Below are positions 6,120-14,485 of a DNA stretch of 33,543 nt, piece by piece. A program made the position numbers and the translations under genes. Numbering within the stretch: position 1 is the first letter of the stretch; each line of letters opens with the position of its first letter. The notes beneath the pieces are model-generated. The model saw only the letters and a list, made by a program, of their open reading frames with translations. It ran no database searches and had not been told where the DNA came from. Where the stretch lies: the IMG/VR virus record IMGVR_UViG_3300032332_000629, positions 1 through 33,543 of that record; one strand, written 5' to 3'. The stretch is from a virus. Lineage: Duplodnaviria; Caudoviricetes.

Positions 6120-7970
6120 ATGGAAACCTTCGACCCGTCCAAAGTCATCGCAGAGCGCCCGTGGATTGATAAAGCGATTGAAGCCGTGGCGCCGTCGTGG
6201 GGCAAACAGCGTTTGCAGTCTCGCGTCGAGACCGCTCTGTTTTCCTACAACGCCGCGCAGACGAACCGGCTTTATGCGCCGAAGACCTACGGCCAGCCAA
6301 GCGAATCGACGCAGACCTCGCGCTCGCGTGTCGTGATGATGTGGGAAGCGCGCGACCTCGTGGAGAACTTTCCAGAGGCGCGCGAGATCACGCGCAAGTT
6401 CGGAAACTACCTTACTCCTAACGAGTATTCGCCAGCGACGCAGGACCGCGCGTATAACCAAATCGTTTCCGAGTTCTTTCACGAGTGGTGCAAGCGGTGT
6501 GATGTGACCGGCCGGCACACGTTCAAGAAGCTGATCCAACTCGGATGCGAAGAGCGACCCGTGGACGGCGATTGCGGATACGCCATCCGCCGCGTCGGCG
6601 ATGAACTCAAGATTCAGCTGGTGCCGGGAACGCGCATCGGTAACCCGAACTCGCTCGGGGCCGAGTCGGACAATTACTATCAGGGCATCATTACGGACGA
6701 GTTCGGCAAGCCGGTCGCGTATCGCATTTATCGCGTCACGCGGGAGGGCGTTTACTTCGGCGCGGAGGACGTAGCGGCGCACAACTTCTGTCACTACTTC
6801 GACCCGTTCCGCGTCGATCAATACCGTGGGATCACGGACTTTCACGCGGCAATCAAAACCGCGCGGATGCTCTACGAAATCCTCGAAGCCGAAAAGGCGG
6901 GCGTGCGCTTTGCGTCGCAACAGGCCGCGCTAGTATTTAACGACCGAGGCAGCGCGAACCCGCGCAATCTGTTCACGCCGTCGCCGACCGTAACCATGCC
7001 GAACGGGCAGACGCAGCAGAACGAAATGTCAGAGGTCGGAATGATTCGTTACATGGGCGCCGCCGACCGCGTGGAAGTGATGCCGTCGCGCCCTTCCGCC
7101 GCCTTCTCCGGCTTCGTGCAGCATTTGATGCACGAGATCGCAATCGGCGTAGGCGTTCCCGAGGGCGTGCTGTTCGGAACGCAAGATTACAAAGGTCCGA
7201 GCGTGCGCGCCGAGTTTGCGGCCGCTGATCGCGTGTTCACGCGTCATCAAGGCGTGCTCACCGACAAGGTTCTCGACCCAATCAAAAACGCCGTGATTCT
7301 CGACGCCATCGCGCGCGGAGAAATTCCGCCGCCTCCGCTGCAAGCGGGCGAGACGATGGTCGCCGCGCTCCGTCGCGCGACTGCTGGCGAATGGCGTTTC
7401 CCGGCCAAACTCTCAATCGACGTGGGCCGCGAGTCGGCTGCGAATCTCAATGAGAACCGGCAAGGCGCGAAGTCGCTGCAGGAGATCGCGGGCGAAGAGG
7501 GCACCGACGCGTTTTCGCGGCTTGAGCAGATTGCAATAGAGGCGAACTACGTGCAAGAGCTGGCGAAAAAATACAGCGTGCCGGAGTCCGCGATTCGTCT
7601 TGTCACGAACTCGCTGCCGAGCACGCCTGCCGCAGCCGCAGCCGTTGGCGATTCGACCGCCGTCGCCGCCTCTGGCGCGCAGCAGGCCGCAACGCCGCAA
7701 GCCGCGCCGACGCCTCCGACGACTGCCGCGCCCACGTCCGACGAAGCGCCCGCCGCTGAGATGAAAACGGCGCGCGAACGTATCGCTCTCGCACTCAAGG
7801 GACCGTCCGCGCGCAAGCTCGCGCGAAATGAAATCATCGTGCGCAAGCAGGTTCGCATTGCCGCGATGCGGAAGCGTCTCGGCAACAGCAACGCGTCGCT
7901 CGAAATGACGCGGCACACATTTGAACGCCTCGGCGGGGTGAAACTAGCAACGACCGAAACCGAGCAATAA
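6120..7970 (+). CDS. Portal protein, lambda family, with Ala/Pro/Thr-rich C-terminal extension
   Basis: 'YNAA...ARDLVENFP', 'CDVTGRHTF', 'RVDQYRGI', 'IAIGVGVP...DY...SVRA' motifs; position after gpW. Confidence 0.93.
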   Translation: METFDPSKVIAERPWIDKAIEAVAPSWGKQRLQSRVETALFSYNAAQTNRLYAPKTYGQPSESTQTSRSRVVMMWEARDLVENFPEAREITRKFGNYLTPNEYSPATQDRAYNQIVSEFFHEWCKRCDVTGRHTFKKLIQLGCEERPVDGDCGYAIRRVGDELKIQLVPGTRIGNPNSLGAESDNYYQGIITDEFGKPVAYRIYRVTREGVYFGAEDVAAHNFCHYFDPFRVDQYRGITDFHAAIKTARMLYEILEAEKAGVRFASQQAALVFNDRGSANPRNLFTPSPTVTMPNGQTQQNEMSEVGMIRYMGAADRVEVMPSRPSAAFSGFVQHLMHEIAIGVGVPEGVLFGTQDYKGPSVRAEFAAADRVFTRHQGVLTDKVLDPIKNAVILDAIARGEIPPPPLQAGETMVAALRRATAGEWRFPAKLSIDVGRESAANLNENRQGAKSLQEIAGEEGTDAFSRLEQIAIEANYVQELAKKYSVPESAIRLVTNSLPSTPAAAAAVGDSTAVAASGAQQAATPQAAPTPPTTAAPTSDEAPAAEMKTARERIALALKGPSARKLARNEIIVRKQVRIAAMRKRLGNSNASLEMTRHTFERLGGVKLATTETEQ

Positions 7971-7971
7971 C

Positions 7972-8253
7972 ATGGACGAAACAACGACAAAGACGGTGAA
8001 CCTTTCGTGCGTCGAACTCGTCGCCGAGAAGACCGGCGAACTCAACGGGCGCGTCGGCAAGATCGAGCACGACCTCGGCACGCAGACCGCCGCGCTTGAC
8101 GCTGCCGTCGTCGCGCTCAACGCCGGCATTGAAGCGGTCGGCCTACTTCGCTCCAATGTGCTCCGCAACGACCTTGTGCAGTGGAAGCACGCAATGTCGG
8201 CGCGCGTCGCCAACCTCGAACTCGCCCTCGAAAAACTCAACTCAACGAAATGA
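7972..8253 (+). CDS. Coiled-coil protein, paralog of the N-terminus of the next gene
   Basis: ELVAEKTGELNGRVGKIEHDLGTQT versus ELVAEKAGELNDRVGKIENELGAQT (20/25). Confidence 0.75.
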   Translation: MDETTTKTVNLSCVELVAEKTGELNGRVGKIEHDLGTQTAALDAAVVALNAGIEAVGLLRSNVLRNDLVQWKHAMSARVANLELALEKLNSTK

Positions 8254-10304
8254 AACACAACGACCCGCAGAACATCGAACAGAACTTTGACGAGCTTGAG
8301 CTTGTCGCCGAAAAAGCGGGCGAGCTAAACGACCGCGTTGGCAAGATTGAGAATGAGCTGGGCGCGCAGACCAAAACGCTCGAAAGCGCCGCAATGGTCC
8401 TAGACGCCGCGATCAAAGGGCTTGGCGCGCTGAAGCATCAGGTTCTGGAGAACGACATTGGCGCGCTCCAACTCGCGCTCAATGACAAGACCGCACATCT
8501 CGCGCGCGAGATCGGCCGCTTCGAGTCTGCCGTTGCCGAGATTGATCGCCGCGCGGAAGCAGGCGACGAACAGCTTGCCACCTCGCTTCGCGACATTGCG
8601 CTCGGGCTACGTTCGTCGTTTGACGCGAAGTCCGCCGAGATTGCTGAGTGGTCCGCACGCGTAGAACGCGAGATTGCCGCTCATTCCGTCGCATTAGCGG
8701 CCATTCCTCCCGTCATCAAGGGTGCAGACGCCAAGCCGTTTAACCCGCGCGGGGAATGGCAAGCGGGCATGGTCGCAAACTCGCTCGACGTGGTCAGCTA
8801 CAACGGGTCGAGCTACATCAGCAACGTGGACGGCAACACCGACAAACCGTCGCGCTCGGACAAATACACCGTGCTCGCGAAACGCTCGGGTAATGGCGCG
8901 GGCGGCGCGACGGACTTCGGTAGTCTCACCGGCACGATTCTACCTGCGCAGGTTGTTCCCGGCGCGGCGACCTACGCAGTCGGCGACGTGCTTTACGCCG
9001 GAACGACGGGCGCGCTTTCCAAGCTCGGAGCGGGCAGTTCCGGCCAACTTCTCAGCACGCAGGGCGCGGGCGCCGCGCCCATCTGGGTCACGGCAACGGG
9101 CGGCGCCGGCGACATGAATGGGCCGGCAAGCGCGACCGACAACGCCGTCGCGCGCTTCGACGGCACGGGCGGCAAGACGGTGCAGAACTCGACCGTGACG
9201 ATTTCAGACACGGGCGACATTACCGCAGCCGGCAAGCTCTTCACGGCTGACGGCACGAACGCGGCGCCTGCGATTGCAATCGCGAGCAGCACGGGGACGG
9301 GACTTTATCTCGACGCCGCGAACACGCTCGGCGTTGCAACGGGCGGCAACGGCACGGTGACATTTTCGACCGCGAGCGGAGTAGCCAACATCACGGGTCA
9401 CGGGGTGCGCTCGCTCACCATCACCGGCGGCAGCTCGGGCGCGTCGTTGGTTCTGGGTCAGGGTGCTACGGCAGGAAATGCGACGATCACGCCAACAGGA
9501 ACCGGCGTCGTAGCCATCGCGGGCACGGGCAGCAAACTGACTATCGCGGGCACCACGGCAGCAACTTCAACGACGACGGGAGCCTTTCAAGTTGCAGGTG
9601 GCGCAGGTATTGCGGGGGCAATTTTTGGCGGAAGCACCGCGTCATTCGCGCCAACGCTTACCACTAGCGGAGCAATTGGATTGAGCGTTTCTCCTTCAAT
9701 GACGCCTCTCGCTGCCAATCTTTATGGCGCTCGCGTGCAAGCTACGGTCGCCAGTGGTGCATCGTCTGGCGGAACAGTATCGGCAATGAATGCGAGCACG
9801 ACGAACAACGGCACAACCAACATTGCCGACGTTGAAAACTTTACATCCACCGTGAATCAGTCGGCCACGAGCGGAACATTGACTAATGTCATGGGTTTTA
9901 AGTCTACGCTTGCGCTTTTGAACAGTGGAAATGTTTCGAGTTTCTACGGTTTTCGAGCAGGCGATGCGTTTGCCAGCAGCACCGGCACATTGGCCAATCA
10001 ATACGCCTTTTACGTAGATGCGTTGAGCCGTGGAACGGTGAGCAATTATGCGTTCTATTCAGCGGGTGCGGGTAAATTCCAAATCAGTGACACTACCTCC
10101 GCCTCCTCCAGCACCACCGGCGCACTCACTGTCGGCAACGGTTCAGCGGCGACCAACGTAGCAATCGGCGGCGGCAACATTAACGCGGGCGGCACCGTAG
10201 CAATCGGAAACACGGTAGCCGCTGCCGTCTCGGTCGCGTCTACCCACAAGGTCACAATGGTAATCGGTGGCGTGACCTACTATCTTCTCGCCAGCAACGT
10301 ATAA
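8250..10304 (+). CDS. Virion fibre protein (coiled coil, CBM-like module, Gly/Thr/Ala-rich shaft)
   Basis: ATG 8250 overlapping the upstream stop; 'RGEWQAG...DVVSYNGSSY' and 'DNAVARFDGTGGK' fibre motifs; C-terminal 'THKVTMVIGGVTYYLLA'. Confidence 0.8.
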   Translation: MKHNDPQNIEQNFDELELVAEKAGELNDRVGKIENELGAQTKTLESAAMVLDAAIKGLGALKHQVLENDIGALQLALNDKTAHLAREIGRFESAVAEIDRRAEAGDEQLATSLRDIALGLRSSFDAKSAEIAEWSARVEREIAAHSVALAAIPPVIKGADAKPFNPRGEWQAGMVANSLDVVSYNGSSYISNVDGNTDKPSRSDKYTVLAKRSGNGAGGATDFGSLTGTILPAQVVPGAATYAVGDVLYAGTTGALSKLGAGSSGQLLSTQGAGAAPIWVTATGGAGDMNGPASATDNAVARFDGTGGKTVQNSTVTISDTGDITAAGKLFTADGTNAAPAIAIASSTGTGLYLDAANTLGVATGGNGTVTFSTASGVANITGHGVRSLTITGGSSGASLVLGQGATAGNATITPTGTGVVAIAGTGSKLTIAGTTAATSTTTGAFQVAGGAGIAGAIFGGSTASFAPTLTTSGAIGLSVSPSMTPLAANLYGARVQATVASGASSGGTVSAMNASTTNNGTTNIADVENFTSTVNQSATSGTLTNVMGFKSTLALLNSGNVSSFYGFRAGDAFASSTGTLANQYAFYVDALSRGTVSNYAFYSAGAGKFQISDTTSASSSTTGALTVGNGSAATNVAIGGGNINAGGTVAIGNTVAAAVSVASTHKVTMVIGGVTYYLLASNV

Positions 10305-10328
10305 TTCATAGCCAGCAACGTATAATTC
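10290..10328. repeat. 18-bp direct repeat x2 spanning the fibre stop codon
   Basis: GCCAGCAACGTATAATTC at 10290-10307 and 10311-10328. Confidence 0.95.
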
Positions 10329-10330
10329 CC

Positions 10331-10588
10331 ATGACCGACCCAATCGTAACAACCACCCTTCAGAGAATCCAAACCGATCCGCAGGGCGACAACCCAATTG
10401 CAACTGCCTTCTTTGAGAAGACTACCGTTATTGACGAGCAGAAATATGTTTCTCCTTGGACGCAGGTAACGTGGCCGCTCTTGAGCGACAAGACGGTGAC
10501 CGTCGGCAAACTCACCCTGACCTACGCGCAAGTTTCGGCTGCGGTCACGGCCATCGCGTATCAGGAAAACGGTTCCGCCGCCGTCTGA
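10331..10588 (+). CDS. Small fibre-associated hypothetical protein
   Basis: 85-aa ATG ORF directly after the fibre gene. Confidence 0.75.
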   Translation: MTDPIVTTTLQRIQTDPQGDNPIATAFFEKTTVIDEQKYVSPWTQVTWPLLSDKTVTVGKLTLTYAQVSAAVTAIAYQENGSAAV

Positions 10589-10592
10589 AAAG

Positions 10593-10766
10593 ATGAACGC
10601 CATGACCAAGAAAACCGCTCTCGAAATCTTTGCACAGATCGCCGGCCAGTTTCGCGCGACTCCGCAGGAACACGCGACGATAAAAGCCGCGTTCGACCTG
10701 CTCGCGTCGCTCCCAGAACCGACCGCGACCGACGCACGCGGGACTGACACGGTGACGCTACCGTGA
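10593..10766 (+). CDS. Hypothetical protein (57 aa; not in the ORF track)
   Basis: MNAMTKKTALEIFAQIAGQFRATPQEHATIKAAFDLL...; fills the gap; GTGA overlap with the next gene. Confidence 0.7.
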   Translation: MNAMTKKTALEIFAQIAGQFRATPQEHATIKAAFDLLASLPEPTATDARGTDTVTLP

Positions 10767-11233
10767 ACCGCATCGGCCTAATCCTCGCGCTTGTTCTCGG
10801 GCTGGCTGCGTTGCTCGTCGTGAGCAAGTGCAAGCAGGCCGAGATTGCGCGAGGACTGCCACCGCGGGTGGTCTGCGCGAATCAGGCTGATGCACTCGCG
10901 CAGGCTGGGGCGGGCGCGACGCCGATCCTCGGGACTGGCTCGATGGCTCCGTGGATTCCCGCGGCGCTGCCGGGGCTTGATCCGCGCAGGACCGTCGTGG
11001 CCTATGCTGCGATGGACGGTGCGGCGACGTTCGCGGGCGTCACGGTCGGGGCGCTTGTCGTCTATGTGCCGGCGTGGGCGTCCGGCGGGCACGTCATGCA
11101 TCAGGCTGCGGCGCGGGACTCAGGCGGCTGGATTATGTCGGGGCTGCACAATGAGCGCAGCGAGACTTGGGAACGCGTGACGGCGGCAAACTACGTCGGC
11201 ACCGTGGCGCGGGTTTACGTTTGGGCGCAGTGA
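10763..11233 (+). CDS. Membrane-anchored S26/S24-like (signal peptidase I-like) peptidase
   Basis: N-terminal TM helix; 'ILGTGSMAP' (GSMxP Ser box), 'GALVVY', 'VMHQ' (His), 'IMSGLHN', resembling SipW/Sec11-type boxes. Confidence 0.6.
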   Translation: MNRIGLILALVLGLAALLVVSKCKQAEIARGLPPRVVCANQADALAQAGAGATPILGTGSMAPWIPAALPGLDPRRTVVAYAAMDGAATFAGVTVGALVVYVPAWASGGHVMHQAAARDSGGWIMSGLHNERSETWERVTAANYVGTVARVYVWAQ

Positions 11234-11235
11234 AG

Positions 11236-11883
11236 ATGCGCACGTCGTCGCCAATCGCCCTCTGCCTGCTCGCGCTCTTGTGCGGGTGCTCAATGCCGCA
11301 GTGGCGCGTCGGGCAGAAGACCGTTCCAGTGGACGCAGGCCCATCCGTGCAGGCCGTCGAGTCACAGAGGCGGGCGGCGGCGCTCATTGTTGACCTGTCT
11401 GCGTCGCTCTCGTCGGACCCCGGCAAGCAGGTGGCGGACATTCACGCCGTTGCCGTTCCGCTCTCCGTTTCTCTTGGCGAACCGCTGAAACGCGCGACCG
11501 TGTTTCAGGCTCCCGACGTGGTGACGGCGCTGCGGAAGTCGAGCCTGGACGCGCAAGCCAAGGCGGACAAGTGGCGCGAGTTCTCGCGCAAATACGCCGG
11601 CACGCCGCTCGAAGGGACGGGCGTGAACCTCGCGGGGCCGGCTGGACTGCTCGGGCTGATCGGCGTCATCGCTGCGTGTGTCGCGTTTCCGCCGATTGGA
11701 TACCTTTTGCTGCGTGCGCTTCCGGTCTTGTGGGGCTTTTTCCGTTCTACTACGGGCGCGGTTGCGGAGTTCGCCGCGTCCAATCCTGACAAAGCACAGG
11801 AATTAAAGAACACACTTTCGCGCAAAATGGACCTCGCACATAAAAAACTCGTAAAGGTTCGCGGCGTGAAGATCCCACCATGA
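11236..11883 (+). CDS. Lipoprotein with C-terminal hydrophobic segment (candidate spanin)
   Basis: MRTSSPIALCLLALLCG|C lipobox; 'GLLGLIGVIAACVAFPPIGYLLL' TM-like segment. Confidence 0.65.
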   Translation: MRTSSPIALCLLALLCGCSMPQWRVGQKTVPVDAGPSVQAVESQRRAAALIVDLSASLSSDPGKQVADIHAVAVPLSVSLGEPLKRATVFQAPDVVTALRKSSLDAQAKADKWREFSRKYAGTPLEGTGVNLAGPAGLLGLIGVIAACVAFPPIGYLLLRALPVLWGFFRSTTGAVAEFAASNPDKAQELKNTLSRKMDLAHKKLVKVRGVKIPP

Positions 11884-12074
11884 TTGACCGTATCCAATCT
11901 CACTCCGCGCAAATAGCCGGCTCCGCTGTTTCCAGTGGCGGCACAATCACAGCGATTGCGGCGTGGCAGTCGCAGCTTGCGTGGGGCGTAACGATCACAG
12001 CTGGACTGATTGCGATTGTCTCAGGGCTTTTGACGATTCGCAGCATCTTGCGCCGCGACGTGGCAAGTAAATAA
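11880..12074 (+). CDS. Putative holin
   Basis: 64 aa, hydrophobic segments, basic C-terminus (IRSILRRDVASK). Confidence 0.6.
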   Translation: MIDRIQSHSAQIAGSAVSSGGTITAIAAWQSQLAWGVTITAGLIAIVSGLLTIRSILRRDVASK

Positions 12075-12101
12075 CGCTTTCTGACATTCGCAGCATCTGC
12101 G

Positions 12102-13052
12102 ATGCAGACAGCAACCAGCTTTCGACAATTCGCCGCGACTGCGCAAGCGAGGGTTAACCCTGCCGACGGCGTGATATACGGCGTTTCGCTAATCACCGAA
12201 GGGCCGGCGCTCGGCCACGGAGTCTACATCGACTCGACGACCTTGCAGCAAGTGCAGACCGCCGCGGGAATGTATTCGGGCGGGCTAAAGGTAAAGATGG
12301 ATCACGGCGGCGGCGCCGGTGACATCGTGGGATTCATCGACAACTTGCGCGTCGCTGGTCCGAAGCTGATCGGCGACTTCCATCTCCTCAACTCGTCCGA
12401 GCATCGGCAATACATTCTAGAAATCGCGACGAAGATTCCCGACACGTTCGGACTCTCGATTGCGTTCTCGGGTCCGGCCGAAATCGGCAGCGACAAACGC
12501 AAAATGCAACGCTGCACCGAAATCTATTCCGTGGATCTCGTCTCCGAGCCGGCCGCAAATCCCGACGGACTTTTTTCCCGTATGAAACTCCAAGCCGAAG
12601 AGCCTTCGGCAAACATTGAAATTGAACTCCCTATGAACGAAGAAATGAAAAAGGCCATTGAGGCCATGATTCAGTCCGCACTTTCCGACGTTGGACAGCG
12701 TATGTCCAAACTCGAAAGCTCGCTCGCCGTCCCGACTCCCGCAACTGCCGACGCAAAGCCCATCGCCTGCGCTTCGCAGAATGACGCGCTTCAGCTCGCC
12801 GCAAAAGAAGGCGCGCTCTCCGCGCTCAAAGAGTTTTCCAAGAGCTTCGGCGCTCCTCCCGCGCTCGCGACTCCCGCTCCCGCTGCCGCGCCCGTCGTGG
12901 TCGTGGAAAAGTTCGAGCAGCTCGTCGCGAAGAAGGCCGTTGAACTAAAGGGCGACAAAGCCGCGGCGATCTCTCTCTGCATTAAAAATCATTCGACCGA
13001 ATACGTCGCTTACCGTGCGCGCGTCGCCGCTGGCGAGGTCGTGAAACTCTAA
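12102..13052 (+). CDS. Prohead protease with C-terminal scaffold
   Basis: 'VKMDH', 'FGLSI', 'SVDLVSEPAANPDGLF' (HK97/T4-type protease fold motifs); Ala-rich helical C-terminal half with a possible nested start near 12633. Confidence 0.85.
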   Translation: MQTATSFRQFAATAQARVNPADGVIYGVSLITEGPALGHGVYIDSTTLQQVQTAAGMYSGGLKVKMDHGGGAGDIVGFIDNLRVAGPKLIGDFHLLNSSEHRQYILEIATKIPDTFGLSIAFSGPAEIGSDKRKMQRCTEIYSVDLVSEPAANPDGLFSRMKLQAEEPSANIEIELPMNEEMKKAIEAMIQSALSDVGQRMSKLESSLAVPTPATADAKPIACASQNDALQLAAKEGALSALKEFSKSFGAPPALATPAPAAAPVVVVEKFEQLVAKKAVELKGDKAAAISLCIKNHSTEYVAYRARVAAGEVVKL

Positions 13053-13069
13053 CCTAACCAAGAAATAAA

Positions 13070-13423
13070 ATGGCCACTAACTACATCGGCAGCGGCACGT
13101 TCGTTGCTAACTCTGCTATCACCGCGTTTCGCAACGTCGTGATTTCCAACAATCGCGGCGTCGGACTTTCCGCCACCGCTGGCTCCGTTGACGGCGTTGC
13201 GCTCGTTGACGCTGCTTCGGGCGACTACATCTCCGTCGCGTTCCTCACGAACAACGGCACGCTGAACGGCACGCTGATTGGCGCGCCCGTGACCATCGGC
13301 GACACGCTGTTCGCTGGTGCGTCCGGCCAAGTCTCCACGAGCGGCACCGTCACCATCGGCAAGTCGCTCACCACCGCTTCAACCGACGGCTCGATCATCG
13401 AGTTCATCCCCAAGGGCCTCTAA
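13070..13423 (+). CDS. Capsid cement/decoration protein
   Basis: 117 aa, Gly/Ala/Thr-rich, 'IGDTLFAGASGQV...IGKSLTTASTDGSIIE'; lies between scaffold and MCP. Confidence 0.8.
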   Translation: MATNYIGSGTFVANSAITAFRNVVISNNRGVGLSATAGSVDGVALVDAASGDYISVAFLTNNGTLNGTLIGAPVTIGDTLFAGASGQVSTSGTVTIGKSLTTASTDGSIIEFIPKGL

Positions 13424-13443
13424 GAATCAACTAACTAAATACC

Positions 13444-14409
13444 ATGTATACAAATTCAGCTGCCGTTTTTCGCGGCGATGTCGCTGGTGTTCTCGAACAA
13501 GCCAAGGACTGGGAGACTGGTCTCATCGGCTTGAGCGTGATGCCCGTTCTCAACGTGCCGGTTCGCGCCGGTCAATACCCCTCGTTCCTCCTCAAGGAGG
13601 GCCAACTGCTCAAAAGCGAGGTGAAGAACCGCGCTCCGTATTCCGCCTTCGCCCGCGGCACGCGCGCCTTCAATCAGGAGACCTACGCCGCGCTTGAATA
13701 CGGTTACGAGGAGGCGGTCGACGATACTGTTGTCGCCGACGTTTCTCGTTTCTTCGACGCCGAGGTTGTGGCGGCCAAACTCGCCAAGCGCAAACTCCTG
13801 CTCGCTCACGAGCTGCGCGTTGCCGCCGCGATCTTCAACACGTCGAATTTCACCTCGACGAACAGCGCGACGGCCTACACGGTCGCTAACATCGCGACGT
13901 TCGATGCTGCGTCCGACGTGCAGGACGCGATTGACCGCCTTATCGCCAAGGGCGAGGCGACCAACAACCTCAAGGTCGTCATCCCGTATGCCGTCTGGAC
14001 CCGTATCCGCGCCAGCACGAAGTTCCAGAACCGCCTGCGCGGCGCTGGTATGTCGTCCGATACGATTCTCAACGCGTCGCTCGCGAACGCTGCCGAGGTG
14101 TTCGGCGTCTCCGAAGTGCTGATCGGTCGCGCGAGCTACGACTCCGCTGCCGAGGGTCTCGCGTTCGTGTCCGCGAACGCATGGGCGAACACCTATATCT
14201 GGGTCGGCTCGGTCACCGAGTCGTCCTCTGGGTTTTTCGGTGGCGGCGCCGGCTTCACCCTCAACTGGAGCGAATACGGTCCCGCGGTCGGCGTGTTCAC
14301 CTACCGCGATGAAACGATCAAGTCGAACATCGTGCGCGCATCGCACTACGTGTCCGAGAAGATCGTTAACGGCAATGCGGGTCAGCTGGTCGCGACCCAA
14401 TACAGCTAA
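13444..14409 (+). CDS. Major capsid protein
   Basis: 321 aa; position; strongly biased codons; followed by a terminator; 'LAHELRVAAAIFN' helix typical of gpE-like MCPs. Confidence 0.88.
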   Translation: MYTNSAAVFRGDVAGVLEQAKDWETGLIGLSVMPVLNVPVRAGQYPSFLLKEGQLLKSEVKNRAPYSAFARGTRAFNQETYAALEYGYEEAVDDTVVADVSRFFDAEVVAAKLAKRKLLLAHELRVAAAIFNTSNFTSTNSATAYTVANIATFDAASDVQDAIDRLIAKGEATNNLKVVIPYAVWTRIRASTKFQNRLRGAGMSSDTILNASLANAAEVFGVSEVLIGRASYDSAAEGLAFVSANAWANTYIWVGSVTESSSGFFGGGAGFTLNWSEYGPAVGVFTYRDETIKSNIVRASHYVSEKIVNGNAGQLVATQYS

Positions 14410-14430
14410 TTCGTAGCGGATTCAGTTAAC

Positions 14431-14467
14431 GCCCCGCGCTCCAAAAGGGCGCGGGGCTTTTCGTTTT
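14431..14467 (+). terminator. Rho-independent terminator after MCP
   Basis: GCCCCGCGCTC-CAAAA-GGGCGCGGGGC-TTTTCGTTTT. Confidence 0.9.
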
Positions 14468-14485
14468 GACGCATCGGCAAGCGTC

